Positions 47,524 through 57,865 of a stretch of DNA of 64,000 bases are shown piece by piece (the first letter of the stretch is position 1; every line of letters begins with the position of its first letter). Under the pieces are notes generated by a model. That model ran no database searches. It saw only the letters and a list, made by a program, of their open reading frames with translations, and was not told the DNA's origin. The translations under genes were made by a program, and so were the position numbers. The DNA is from a virus, in the IMG/VR virus record IMGVR_UViG_3300032268_001296, positions 32,001 to 96,000 of that record, one strand, 5' to 3'.

Positions 47524-47817
47524 TTAGTTATTTTTAAATATAAAGCTTACTGTATAATTTTCCATTTCAGATGAGAAATCTCTTAAAGAATCGTTGCCAC
47601 AGTCAAGTATTTTTTTTCTTATCCATGCAAACTTCTTTTCGTCAAAGTGATTTGCAGTATTTATGATAGAATGATATTCTTGTGGAATATTATCATAAAG
47701 CTTATCATAATGATAATCATGATCCGCCTTCATATCTTCAACAATCTTTAACATGTCTTTAAATATAGACGTTACTGACTGTTTATACCGTTTTTCTAAA
47801 AAAAATTGACCATTCAT
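47524..47817 (-). CDS. Hypothetical protein
   Basis: 97-aa ORF with AAGGA SD-like sequence. Confidence 0.65.
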   Translation of the reverse strand: MNGQFFLEKRYKQSVTSIFKDMLKIVEDMKADHDYHYDKLYDNIPQEYHSIINTANHFDEKKFAWIRKKILDCGNDSLRDFSSEMENYTVSFIFKNN

Positions 47818-47862
47818 CCTTATGCCTTAATTTATAATAGATAAAAAAGTGTAAAATTCAAT

Positions 47863-48321
47863 ATGCCAAGTTTAATAAATATCGCAAATCAATTAAAAGT
47901 AACATCCGCTTTTGCAAATTTGCACGATACATTCTCACGAGAGATTACTGTTTATAAAAATTCTAAACAAGTAACTATCTCAAGTTCTGCTCAATATAAT
48001 TCTATTTATGGAAATGCTGGAGCTTATAGCAACACTACAAATCAAACAGTGTCTTCCAAATTCATGGCGAGAATCTACTACATAAAGATGGACGAAGAAT
48101 TCTTGTCAGACTCAAGCTCCAATAAAGGATCTCAGAACAAGATAATAATGCCACAAGGATCTGTTAAGATTGTTGTAGATCCAGCTGGTTATCTTTTTAT
48201 AAAAGAAGCAAGAAAGGTTGAGTTTGATGGAAAAACCTTTTCAATCAAAAGCGACGGAATTCCAATGGGTCTTTTTGAAAATCAATACTACGAATTCTTT
48301 TTAACTCCATTAGATGAATAA
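47863..48321 (+). CDS. Probable head-closure protein
   Basis: HDTFSREITVYK...ARIYY...KVEFDGKTFSI; GTGTAA 8 nt upstream. Confidence 0.55.
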   Translation: MPSLINIANQLKVTSAFANLHDTFSREITVYKNSKQVTISSSAQYNSIYGNAGAYSNTTNQTVSSKFMARIYYIKMDEEFLSDSSSNKGSQNKIIMPQGSVKIVVDPAGYLFIKEARKVEFDGKTFSIKSDGIPMGLFENQYYEFFLTPLDE

Positions 48322-48920
48322 TGAAAATACCAAAGCAAGTATTAGACAGTATTAATTCTCAAGCTGGTAAGATTCTAAGATCTCAAGTAGAAGATGATTT
48401 GCGAGATATCGTCAATGATATAAAAAAACAAATGATTGAAGAATTTATGAATCATCCCATAACTGAAGAAATTATGAATGGCTACAATGCCCAAAACACA
48501 TCTAATACTTTAGGCGGTTATGGTAATTTATTTTCTTTTATTGGGTTTGATTCTGGCGATGCACCAATTATTCCTATAATTGAAATGCTGGAAAAAACAA
48601 ACGTATCATTTAATAGAACTTCTAAAAACATTACAACTGCTAACATTTTTATTCCGTCTGCCCGCGAAATATTTGCTCAAACTCCTATGCCTTGGGCCAA
48701 TGGAAGAAGTTGGGCCAAAGGAATAGAATCTGGAATTTCTGGATTAGGATTTTATCTTAATTCTTACGGAAAAGGCAACTCTAACGCTGGTATTCAAGTT
48801 GAATCAAAAATGAGAAGCGGTCGCTTTAAAAACGTTCCATACATATCAGCTTTAATAAATAAGTACAGAGCACTTTTCTCTAAAATTAATTACGAACAAA
48901 TAAAAATAAAATTATCATGA
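48321..48920 (+). CDS. Probable neck / tail-completion protein
   Basis: Position; GNLFSFIGF, PWANGRSWAKGIESG, PYISAL. Confidence 0.5.
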   Translation: MKIPKQVLDSINSQAGKILRSQVEDDLRDIVNDIKKQMIEEFMNHPITEEIMNGYNAQNTSNTLGGYGNLFSFIGFDSGDAPIIPIIEMLEKTNVSFNRTSKNITTANIFIPSAREIFAQTPMPWANGRSWAKGIESGISGLGFYLNSYGKGNSNAGIQVESKMRSGRFKNVPYISALINKYRALFSKINYEQIKIKLS

Positions 48921-49765
48921 TTGAACAATTTCAACACAGAGCAACAACATCATTCATGCTTTGGTTTGACAACTTTTTGCTAAAAAAAGGTCAAGCATTC
49001 AGCAATCAAACGGGTGTATTTCACAGGTATTCTGACGATAGATTAGATGATAGATATAAAGCTTTTGGCAGTGCTTATAAACAGTGGGTTACTGACTCTT
49101 CAATCAATGGAGCTGTTGTTCCTTCTGGTGTTTATGTAAACGGAGTTTTTCAACCAAGAAGTAATAGTCTTCTTTTGGATTTTGAAAATGGACGAGCTTT
49201 AATTAGTGGAGTATCTAACGCTGCATCAGTTACTGGATCTTTTGCGGTAAAAGACTTTAACATATACTTCACAAATGATGGAGAAGATGATCTGCTCGTA
49301 GATAAAAAGTACAATTCTAATCCAAGAGTTTATTCTGCGCCAAATACATATGTAGAACCATATGATCAAGTAGTTCCAGCTATATTCATTTCGAGCCAAT
49401 CAATGAGGAATGATCCTTTTGCTTTCGGCGGCGAAGATACTACTAAGATCTCAATGAAAGCTGTTGTGCTTGCTGAAAATCCTTATCAATTAGATGGAGT
49501 TCTTTCTATTTTTGCTGATTCTTACAATGAAGTTATTCCTAATATTCCATATTCTGGCAATCCAATTACTGAGTATGGAGATATTAAAAATGGGAACTTT
49601 TCTTACGAAAATTTAAAAACTCAATATGCAGGAAATCAATTCTTTTTTATTGAAGAAGTTGATACTTCAAAGTTGACAGATAAAGCTCGAAAATCTTTAG
49701 CAAATGATTTGTATATTGGCTTCATTGATTTCGAAATACATCAACAAAGAATGCCTAGAGAATAA
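48917..49765 (+). CDS. Probable tail terminator
   Basis: Directly before the tube gene; VPAIFI...PFAFGG. Confidence 0.5.
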   Translation: MIEQFQHRATTSFMLWFDNFLLKKGQAFSNQTGVFHRYSDDRLDDRYKAFGSAYKQWVTDSSINGAVVPSGVYVNGVFQPRSNSLLLDFENGRALISGVSNAASVTGSFAVKDFNIYFTNDGEDDLLVDKKYNSNPRVYSAPNTYVEPYDQVVPAIFISSQSMRNDPFAFGGEDTTKISMKAVVLAENPYQLDGVLSIFADSYNEVIPNIPYSGNPITEYGDIKNGNFSYENLKTQYAGNQFFFIEEVDTSKLTDKARKSLANDLYIGFIDFEIHQQRMPRE

Positions 49766-49819
49766 AAATAATTTCACGTTTAGTATTTGAAAATGTAAAC
49801 AAAATAAAGATAAAAAATT

Positions 49820-50956
49820 ATGGCACGTAACCGAGTAATTTACCAATCAGAAGCTTTATATGTTAGTGAAGACATTCTTTCCACTGCTACTGGAAAGCAT
49901 AGACAGCTTGATCGCGTTCAAAGCGCTAATTATAACTTTTCAATTAGTCGTCAAGATATTAACCAATACGGTGAATTAGCTCGTATTGATTCTGTTGTTC
50001 TTGATCCACCAACTGTTAATCTTGACTTTTCTTACTATTTAACTGACGGTACAAACGAAAGAGCTTTAGGATTCTATGTACAAACTGGAGCTGGAGGCAC
50101 TACTGGAAACTTCCCTTCTGGTCACATGACTGCTACCAGCGGCAAGAACTTCTTCATTGTTACCACAGCAGAAGGAAATGATCATAATAGCAACACAACA
50201 ATCGCAAACACTAAGTCAGTTATTGGCATCGGTAATGGATTCTTGTCTGATTATACTCTTGATTTAGCTGTTGGAAGCTTGCCAACTGTTTCTGTAACGA
50301 TTGAAGCTGCTAACATTGTAGCTACTGGAGTAACGTTAACAACTGGATCTGGAATTTCAGGTATTAATCCAGCAATCAATCCTACTGATGGCGCATCTTA
50401 TGCTTCAACTGGCATTGCTCTTCCATCTGGAGCTAGCAATCTTGGAAATGGCGGAATTAGCGCTCTTAGACCTGGTGATGTAACTCTTACATTTGGAAAT
50501 ATTACTGGCGCTGGATCTGGTGTTATTGCGGATTTAGCAAACAATGCAGACGGCATTCACATTCAAAGCGCAAGCTTGTCAATTCCTCTTTCACGCAGTC
50601 CATTGCAGCGTCTTGGAACTAGATTCCCATTTGCTAGAACAGTTGATTTCCCAGTAAGCTCAACTTTAACAGTTAATGCAATTGTTAATGAAATCACTGC
50701 TGAAAACTTAGCAGCAGTTCTTGATTCGAACATTACAACTGATTTAACATTAACTATCAAAAAGCCAGGAACTTCAGGAGCTACTAATGCTATGATTTAT
50801 AACATTAAAGGAGCTAAGCTTGATAGTGAATCATTCAGCTCAAGCATTGGTTCTAATAAGACTGTTGATCTTGTTTTCTCTACTCAAATCGGTGGACCCA
50901 ACGATCTTGATCATGGTGTCTTTGTAAGCGGTATTGGAAGCGGCTCAGTATTCTAA
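49820..50956 (+). CDS. Major tail tube protein
   Basis: G/T/S-rich beta protein MARNRVIYQSEALYV...RVQSANY...RQDINQYG; followed by a strong terminator. Confidence 0.75.
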   Translation: MARNRVIYQSEALYVSEDILSTATGKHRQLDRVQSANYNFSISRQDINQYGELARIDSVVLDPPTVNLDFSYYLTDGTNERALGFYVQTGAGGTTGNFPSGHMTATSGKNFFIVTTAEGNDHNSNTTIANTKSVIGIGNGFLSDYTLDLAVGSLPTVSVTIEAANIVATGVTLTTGSGISGINPAINPTDGASYASTGIALPSGASNLGNGGISALRPGDVTLTFGNITGAGSGVIADLANNADGIHIQSASLSIPLSRSPLQRLGTRFPFARTVDFPVSSTLTVNAIVNEITAENLAAVLDSNITTDLTLTIKKPGTSGATNAMIYNIKGAKLDSESFSSSIGSNKTVDLVFSTQIGGPNDLDHGVFVSGIGSGSVF

Positions 50957-50975
50957 TTATAACTCTCATCAAATA

Positions 50976-51010
50976 ACAAAAAAGCTGGCAGAAATGCCAG
51001 CTTTTTTTGT
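50976..51010. terminator. Bidirectional intrinsic terminator
   Basis: AAAAAAGCTGGCA-GAAA-TGCCAGCTTTTTTT between convergent genes. Confidence 0.9.
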
Positions 51011-51032
51011 ATACTTTATTTTGAAATATAAC

Positions 51033-51488
51033 TTATATAGTAATATTGTCAGCTTCTATTCCCCCAAGTTGTAGAGGCTGCGATTGGTATATATTGTAGT
51101 AATGAGAAAGCTTTTCAACCTTCTTATCACTTTCTTCTGCAAGACTTTTATAAACCTTGGATACTTCGTTTTTATTAGTGAATGTAACAGAGCTATTGCC
51201 ATCTCTCAAACTTAGAATATCAGAGCCATTGGTGTTGCCAACTAATCCTCTTAAAGCATTACGAGATTGTTTTCTATAGTAGTTTCCCATGTATAATTCT
51301 TTGTAAATAGCTTGAGACTCAAGATCTAACTCAGCATCAACTCCACTATAAGAAGTATTAATTCTTGCGTTTAATTCCCCGAGATTAGCAAAAAGCCAAG
51401 CCTCAATATAAGATTGATACATATTTCCTGTATCTCCGTCAAACTCTGTTCGAAAAATATTTAATGCCAAATCACTAAGAACACTCAT
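51033..51488 (-). CDS. Probable head-tail connector/adaptor
   Basis: Downstream of MCP; SLRDGNSSVTF; GTGTAA 8 nt upstream. Confidence 0.55.
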   Translation of the reverse strand: MSVLSDLALNIFRTEFDGDTGNMYQSYIEAWLFANLGELNARINTSYSGVDAELDLESQAIYKELYMGNYYRKQSRNALRGLVGNTNGSDILSLRDGNSSVTFTNKNEVSKVYKSLAEESDKKVEKLSHYYNIYQSQPLQLGGIEADNITI

Positions 51489-51502
51489 ACAATATATTAC
51501 AC

Positions 51503-51958
51503 TTAAATATCTCCAAGGATTTTTAATAATTTAGCATGTTTTGGATTGTTTGGATCTGGAACAAAACTATTCACTGGTGATGGCATAATGTTGCGGCGAC
51601 TGTTCTTTGTATACGCTTGGAATTCTCTGATTAGATTTTTCTTTAAAGTGGGATATTCATGAAATGGATTAATGCCGATCTTGTTTGCGAGTCTTTGCAA
51701 ATCAGTGATAGACATTTCTTTGAGATTCTGCTCAAAAATCTCAAGTTCATTTGTTCCGAATGGACTGATTTGAGATACACCGAGAATAACTTCTAGTTCT
51801 CTCATGTTTTGAACGAATTCTGGAGTATTCACTTGACCGTTGGCTCTCATATGCGAAATTCGTTCAATCAATCCTTGTGGATTGCTAGATCCGTTTGTTG
51901 TTTGAATTTCTGGCTTCAATGCGCCGTTGGTTTCTTCGATTTTCTTTTTTCTAGGCAT
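51503..51958 (-). CDS. Hypothetical protein with Rho-N/HeH-like motif
   Basis: LKEMSITDLQRLANKIGI...LKKNLIREF. Confidence 0.55.
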   Translation of the reverse strand: MPRKKKIEETNGALKPEIQTTNGSSNPQGLIERISHMRANGQVNTPEFVQNMRELEVILGVSQISPFGTNELEIFEQNLKEMSITDLQRLANKIGINPFHEYPTLKKNLIREFQAYTKNSRRNIMPSPVNSFVPDPNNPKHAKLLKILGDI

Positions 51959-51992
51959 ACTTTATTATATCTTAAAACTCATGTTTTTAAAC

Positions 51993-52024
51993 AAAAAAGA
52001 GCCGCCCCGTTAAGGGCGGCTCTT
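51993..52024 (-). terminator. Intrinsic terminator after the major capsid gene
   Basis: AAGAGCCGCCC-loop-GGGCGGCTCTT followed by a T-run on the - strand. Confidence 0.9.
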
Positions 52025-52041
52025 GGGAGGATTTATCGCTA

Positions 52042-53166
52042 TTAAGCAAGACCAGAAACGATCTTACCAACGAGAGCGCGAGTATCGAGAACCATACGAC
52101 CTTCTTCAAGAGAGCCGAAGTAACCGATCTTGCTCTGACGAACGCTGTATTGATCATCAGCGGTAAGAGAGAACTCAGAACCGTTTTCAGAATCAACAGC
52201 AACTGCGCGAATAAGAGAATCACGGCTACGATCAAGACCGATGATGATTTCTTCAGCAGTATCATCGAATTGAGCGGAATTGCCACCAGCAGCATTTGTG
52301 AATGCAGTAGTTCCAGCAACTGCGTTAAAGACAGTGTTGAAGCGCTGACCCTTACCAAGCTCATTGATTTCCATGATGGAAACACCGTAGAACTCAGGAA
52401 TACCTGCGCTGTTGTAGATAGAGGTTCTCATATCTTCTGGAGCAGGAATATCTGTCTTAGTTCCTTGGGTATTGATTGGATTGTAAGCCATTGCACGAAG
52501 TTCTTGAACAACTTCTGGAGAAACAATGATATCAGTCAAGCCACGACCTTGGCGAGCTTCTGGAGTACCACCAAGCCATGAGGTATTGATTCTCTTGGCA
52601 AGAGTGAAGAGTTCGTTAAGATCCGCAAGCAAGAAGCGACCATTAGTATTTGCACGCTGAACGTGCTTCTTACCATTGGTTTGTGCGTTAGCAAGTGAAC
52701 CTAAAAGAAGGTTAGCGGAAGTCTTCTCTTGCTTGAAGAGAATTTCTTGTGCAAGACGAGTAAATGTCTTGCTGATAACATCCATACGGCTCTTAGCAGC
52801 ATAGCGCTTGTCGAAGCTCAATGCAGAATCAAGAGTATAGGTGTGGATCTTCATTTCAGAAACAGTTGGTAAAACTTGGTTCTGAGGAAGGCCACCAGCT
52901 GCGCTTTGGCTATATACTGTAATATAGTCTTCAGCAGCTACGTCGTAGTATAAATCGAGCGGAATGCTTGGGCTGTCATCAGCATTGAATTGAAGTGGAG
53001 TGAACAAGTTGCTCAAGGTAGGAGCATTGTTGATAACTTCAGCTAAAACTGGACCGATGAATTCAGCAAGAGCAACTTGAGCTTCAACCGCAACACTGCG
53101 ATTTTTTGAAGCCATAGCCTTGATTAGTTCGATTTGTTCAGGAGTTCTTTTTAAAGTAATTTTCAT
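52042..53166 (-). CDS. Major capsid protein (HK97 fold inferred)
   Basis: 374 aa; order portal-protease-decoration-MCP; strong codon bias; DIIVSPE, PEFYGVSI, IGYFGSLEEG. Confidence 0.8.
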   Translation of the reverse strand: MKITLKRTPEQIELIKAMASKNRSVAVEAQVALAEFIGPVLAEVINNAPTLSNLFTPLQFNADDSPSIPLDLYYDVAAEDYITVYSQSAAGGLPQNQVLPTVSEMKIHTYTLDSALSFDKRYAAKSRMDVISKTFTRLAQEILFKQEKTSANLLLGSLANAQTNGKKHVQRANTNGRFLLADLNELFTLAKRINTSWLGGTPEARQGRGLTDIIVSPEVVQELRAMAYNPINTQGTKTDIPAPEDMRTSIYNSAGIPEFYGVSIMEINELGKGQRFNTVFNAVAGTTAFTNAAGGNSAQFDDTAEEIIIGLDRSRDSLIRAVAVDSENGSEFSLTADDQYSVRQSKIGYFGSLEEGRMVLDTRALVGKIVSGLA

Positions 53167-53188
53167 ATTTAAATTTTTCTAGGTTAAA

Positions 53189-53842
53189 TTAGAGACCAAG
53201 ACCAACGATAGCGTAGCTTCCTGTAAGTGGATCAGAAAGGTTAGCGGTTGAAGTGCTTGCAGCGCGTGAACCAGTAGCGATAACAAGAGCAACTCTTGTT
53301 GGATCGGTAATAGCGCAACCAGTAAGCTTTCCGCTAACACCAGATGGAAGCTTAAGACCTCCACCAACACCGATTTGACCAGCGCCAGTTCCGATAGCTC
53401 CAGCAAATGCGGAAGCAGCAAGAGTGAAGACACCGCGAGTTGCAACTGGAACAGCTTGACCTGGAAGCATGCACATAAGCTCTTCAGCTTTTTGTGGGTA
53501 GTAAAGAAGCTTCTCGCCGTTTTCGTCAAGCTTTGCAGTTTGGCAAAGAGTCATACCAACAAGCGCATCACCAGAAGTAGCTGGCTTAAGGCTTAAGGTA
53601 ACTCTTGGGTATTGGTTTCTTCCAACATGTGGATAATCAGTCTTGCCAAGATATGATGAATAAGCATCATCATAGGTAATTGTATCAAGGTTTAAGTTGC
53701 CGCTTTCAATGGTAACGAAAACGCCAGCGTCTCCGTTGCCAGTAACGTTAGTATATTCATTAACGTATCCAGTTCCAAGAGCGAACATGTTGATAACGTC
53801 AGTTTCGTTATATTGTCTGAATGGTAATGTTCTAAGTGCCAT
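53189..53842 (-). CDS. Capsid decoration/cement protein
   Basis: Between scaffold and MCP; GQAVPVATRGVFTL; same codon bias as MCP. Confidence 0.65.
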   Translation of the reverse strand: MALRTLPFRQYNETDVINMFALGTGYVNEYTNVTGNGDAGVFVTIESGNLNLDTITYDDAYSSYLGKTDYPHVGRNQYPRVTLSLKPATSGDALVGMTLCQTAKLDENGEKLLYYPQKAEELMCMLPGQAVPVATRGVFTLAASAFAGAIGTGAGQIGVGGGLKLPSGVSGKLTGCAITDPTRVALVIATGSRAASTSTANLSDPLTGSYAIVGLGL

Positions 53843-53862
53843 ATAATTAGTTTTTTAGATTT

Positions 53863-55425
53863 TTAGGAAATAGTAATGTTGTTGCGAGAAAATGCACTTG
53901 CAAACTTTTCGCGTAAAGATTTATTTTCTTTTGAAGATTCTTCATTAGAGTTTGGGAGAGCGCTTTCTGAAGCTTGAGCCTTTTCCAAGGCTTCTTCAGC
54001 AAGTTCTTTATCAGTTTTTACTTCAGAAGCTGTCGAAACAGAAGCGAGCTTTTTAGCAACTTCAGCATCGATTCTTTCTTGAATGTCTTTTTCATAAGAA
54101 GCTCTAACTTCTTTATTCTTGTGCTTCCACATGATAGAAAGCTTTTCTTGGTAAGAAGCAAAAGCTTCTTCCGAAGAATCAAGAGACTTGAGATCATCAA
54201 CAAGAACCTTGCGGTCTTCGTCATCAAGATCATAGCTGTTGTCGATAGCTTCCATTCTTGCGTTGAAACGAGCAACTGCCTCTTCTTGCTTTTTGAAATT
54301 TTCGAATTCGGAAATTCTCTGAGATGCTTCGCCAATTTGAGCTTGAAGCTTTTCTACAGAAGCTTTAAGTTCTTCACGCTCTTTGATTGCTGCGGCAGCT
54401 TCTTCTTCTGCTTTTGTAAGAGAAGCACGATATTCTACATCTTTTTGTTTAATAGCTTCAGCAAATGTGTTAGTCATATTTGCCACAGCTTCTTCTGAGA
54501 ATTTCTTCTCAACAAGAAGATCTTTAAGTTCGGAAAGGACTTTTTCAATATCCATAATAGTTTCTTTTTTGTTTTTTACATTAGCTAAATCTATTTGGGA
54601 AATAGACGATTCAGTTTTTTTAAATAAATCTTTCTTTTTTATATCGAAATATAATTTTTTATCTCTTTTATCTTTTATTTCAACCATAGAAGAAGATTCA
54701 TTATCTGAATATAAACCTTTTACATCTGCGGCTGGATTAGTTGTGAAGCCAATTCCCAAAGGATAAATTTCTCCTTTAAGCAAACGATAGATGTTTGTGC
54801 CATCGTCTAATTTTCCAGATCCACCATAAGCCTTAAGTCTTTTTCTCATTTCTTCAAACTGCTTTGGATTTTTTATTATCTCAGCATCTTTTAAATCAGA
54901 ACTTCCAACAGCAATAACGAAATCGCTGAAACCAACTTCCCAACTTGTTGAAATAGATTGATACATAGTATCTTCAGGATCTACTGAGCGCTCAATTAAT
55001 TTTGCAAACTCTTTGTTTGCGTATTTGTATACAACTGCTCCTAATGAGATATTGTATGGATCGTTTTTATTAATAGCTTCCTCGATATCTATCATCGAGT
55101 TGGTTCCATATTCACTAAATCCAGCGCTAACAATATGCCCAACTACTTTAGACTTATCGTGTTCTATGTTTGTTGGTTTATGTAAGAAATTTTTAATTAC
55201 TCTTGCTGCTGTAGCGGAATCCATGCCGTCGTCATTCTTATTAAACTTATTAATAACTGCGGCATTGAAAGCGGTTCCAAGAATATCTATATTTTCAGAA
55301 AAATCGATATCTTTTGGAAGCAATGGTTTTAAATTTTCTAAAGAAGCTTTTGAAATAAAAGACTCATCTCCCTTGACACAAGAAAGAATTGACGATTCAA
55401 ATTTCGTGGTGTATTTATGCTTCAT
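53863..55425 (-). CDS. Prohead protease-scaffold fusion
   Basis: NKNDDG, KPTNIEH, STSWEVGF, GIGFTTNPAA, then a long acidic coiled coil. Confidence 0.75.
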   Translation of the reverse strand: MKHKYTTKFESSILSCVKGDESFISKASLENLKPLLPKDIDFSENIDILGTAFNAAVINKFNKNDDGMDSATAARVIKNFLHKPTNIEHDKSKVVGHIVSAGFSEYGTNSMIDIEEAINKNDPYNISLGAVVYKYANKEFAKLIERSVDPEDTMYQSISTSWEVGFSDFVIAVGSSDLKDAEIIKNPKQFEEMRKRLKAYGGSGKLDDGTNIYRLLKGEIYPLGIGFTTNPAADVKGLYSDNESSSMVEIKDKRDKKLYFDIKKKDLFKKTESSISQIDLANVKNKKETIMDIEKVLSELKDLLVEKKFSEEAVANMTNTFAEAIKQKDVEYRASLTKAEEEAAAAIKEREELKASVEKLQAQIGEASQRISEFENFKKQEEAVARFNARMEAIDNSYDLDDEDRKVLVDDLKSLDSSEEAFASYQEKLSIMWKHKNKEVRASYEKDIQERIDAEVAKKLASVSTASEVKTDKELAEEALEKAQASESALPNSNEESSKENKSLREKFASAFSRNNITIS

Positions 55426-55437
55426 ATTTAAAAATCA

Positions 55438-55830
55438 TTAGTCTTCTTCTTCCATTTCTTCCTCTTCTTTTGTTTCTTTATTCTCATGAGAAGCTGGATC
55501 TGATGGTTTATCCATCTTTTTAAGAATAGCTTTTTGAAGAGCTGGTGGAAGTTTTTTCTGTGCTGGAGTCAATTCCCCAGAATCACTTTCTTCCATAAGT
55601 GTAGCTTGCATTTTATCAAATTGAAGCATACAAGCTTTTGTTGTTGATTCATCGTCCATATCAGTTGTATCAACAAGAGCTTTATCATCTGAAGCGCATG
55701 CACTCATGAATGATTTGTATACAGCGGCTTTTTTATCTGCCATCTTAGCAAGAGATACTTGAACCTCTCCGTTTTTAATTTCCACTGTTTTTTCAAGTGG
55801 CACTTTAATATCTTCTGGATTAATTTTCAT
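55438..55830 (-). CDS. Small acidic head-associated protein
   Basis: LTPAQKKLPPALQKAILKK motif; between portal and protease. Confidence 0.55.
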   Translation of the reverse strand: MKINPEDIKVPLEKTVEIKNGEVQVSLAKMADKKAAVYKSFMSACASDDKALVDTTDMDDESTTKACMLQFDKMQATLMEESDSGELTPAQKKLPPALQKAILKKMDKPSDPASHENKETKEEEEMEEED

Positions 55831-57823
55831 TTATTTTTTGAGAGTGATAGAGTAAAGCAGCTGAATAATCATCTTCTATTTGATGCTCAGAAGCTATTTC
55901 TAGAACTTCTGGCATTGTTGATAAAGAGGCTATCTCGTCAAAGTTGTTTACACAAGAAGATGCGGTAGCTTCCCAACAATTTAATTCTTTAGAAACTGCT
56001 ATTGAATGAGATAGCTGTTCGAGCATTTCGTGCTGTTGATTATTTAACTTTTTCAACTTTAACTTATTCTTTAGTTCTTTTTCCATGTTAGCTTTAACAG
56101 CTTCGATATTCTTGATTACTGCTTGAATATTTTTTATAGAAAAATTGGCTTTTGTAATTGGTATGCCAGTTGTTCCCTCTGGTCTTCCTGCAACTTTATT
56201 TGTTTGATTAACTGTTGATTTGTCAGTATTTGGATCTGTCGGAGGCGAAATAAGAGGAACGCCACCAACAATTGGATTATAATATCCGTCCTCTCTTTCT
56301 TTAACAAATCCCTCTTGAGCTGGAGCGATATCTTCCGCCTTTGGAAACTGTCCAGTATGAAACATTTCCATTCCTTGCTGTGGAGTAATGATTCCAAGCT
56401 CCATAAGGCGTGTAGAAACGCGCATAAGCTGAGTTTGATCTCTGATATCAATATCTCTGAAGTGAGCCGTAGGATAGTTTTTTAAGCCCATGTCCTTAGC
56501 TATTCTGCGAATCTCAGGTTGTAAGAAATCATTTAAGAATGCGTTTCTTGCTTCTTTTAATCTATCGATGAAAATTTGAGCTTTTACTTCTGTAGCGCTG
56601 TACTTTTCTTCACCGATAACAATGTTCTGAAGACCTTGTTTAATATCTTCATTCAAAACTTTGTATTTATCTGGACCAAGAACATTATTTAACTCTGGAA
56701 TAACGAATTGAGCCTTAGTTGTATAATCAGAAATTAATACTCGGCCAACACTTTCGTTTTTGAATAATGTCTGCATCGCCATCAAGTTATTTTGATTGAT
56801 ACCTCCCTTATCAGGCTCAGCTCCCATGGTAATTAAGAGAATAACGTTTTCAACAGTTCTTGTGATGGCTTGATCCATCTTCTTTAACTCCATCTTAGCA
56901 TTGATATCCTCTAGCACAGGATATCCAAATGGAACAGCAAATGGCTCGTAATCCTGCTTCTTATAAAAAGAGTATGTTAACTTTTTAGGATCAAGCTCAA
57001 TTTTTAAACCATCTTGATAATACGCTCCTTTTTTGATGTCTTTTTTAACATCTGCTGGAAGACCATTCAAAATATCTTCATCTTCTTGTGTGATTGGATT
57101 TTGAAGTCTAGCTAATTCATATTCAGATAGAATTTTTTCATACGCTCCAGTATTAAAGGTAGATCCTCTTTTTGCAACAACATCAAACGGATTTAACAGA
57201 ATATACTTTACGGGAATCTTATTTACCAGCGCAGGTAGATCTCCAATCTGTCGAGTGATCTTTGTAAAATCATCAATTTGGAATTTGCCATCAATTCTGT
57301 ATAAGAAAATATTACCGCTTCTATAGTATTCGCGGAAGTATTGGTCTTTTAAATTCCATAGTTTAATTTTCTTAAACCATTCAGTAAAAAAGTCTTTGCT
57401 TTTTTGAGATCCTCCTTCAAAATAAATCTCTGTGTTCGCAAACTCAGCCATAATGTCAATAGCATTTCTAAATATAGCTATATTAGCATATGCTTTTTGA
57501 CAAAGCTCGATTGCTTCGCGCACATTAACTCCATCCATCGCATAGCTGTAGGGAAGTAGTCCATTTCTTATGCTACTGAATCTATCAATCGTTCTATTAA
57601 TCGCTGATCTATTGATTCTGCTGCTGCTTTTTTCTGTGTTTGCTGATCTTGCATAAGAAGCTTTAGATACTCCCATAGAAGCACTGGAAACATAAAACGG
57701 TTCTCCACATAATTCAGGCTCGTATTGAGGTTGAGCATTAAAATTCGGCAAGTTATTTTTTGACTGGCTTAAATTATCCCAATACTGAGATTTTTTATTG
57801 TATTTGCGCTTTGGCTGTTGCAT
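55820..57823 (-). CDS. Portal protein
   Basis: Directly after TerL; FRNAIDIMAEF, EYYRSGNIF, AGRP motif; GTGTAA 9 nt upstream. Confidence 0.8.
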   Translation of the reverse strand: MQQPKRKYNKKSQYWDNLSQSKNNLPNFNAQPQYEPELCGEPFYVSSASMGVSKASYARSANTEKSSSRINRSAINRTIDRFSSIRNGLLPYSYAMDGVNVREAIELCQKAYANIAIFRNAIDIMAEFANTEIYFEGGSQKSKDFFTEWFKKIKLWNLKDQYFREYYRSGNIFLYRIDGKFQIDDFTKITRQIGDLPALVNKIPVKYILLNPFDVVAKRGSTFNTGAYEKILSEYELARLQNPITQEDEDILNGLPADVKKDIKKGAYYQDGLKIELDPKKLTYSFYKKQDYEPFAVPFGYPVLEDINAKMELKKMDQAITRTVENVILLITMGAEPDKGGINQNNLMAMQTLFKNESVGRVLISDYTTKAQFVIPELNNVLGPDKYKVLNEDIKQGLQNIVIGEEKYSATEVKAQIFIDRLKEARNAFLNDFLQPEIRRIAKDMGLKNYPTAHFRDIDIRDQTQLMRVSTRLMELGIITPQQGMEMFHTGQFPKAEDIAPAQEGFVKEREDGYYNPIVGGVPLISPPTDPNTDKSTVNQTNKVAGRPEGTTGIPITKANFSIKNIQAVIKNIEAVKANMEKELKNKLKLKKLNNQQHEMLEQLSHSIAVSKELNCWEATASSCVNNFDEIASLSTMPEVLEIASEHQIEDDYSAALLYHSQKINEN

Positions 57824-57865
57824 TTATATATTTTACACCAAAAGTTTAAAAGTTAACTTTAAAAG

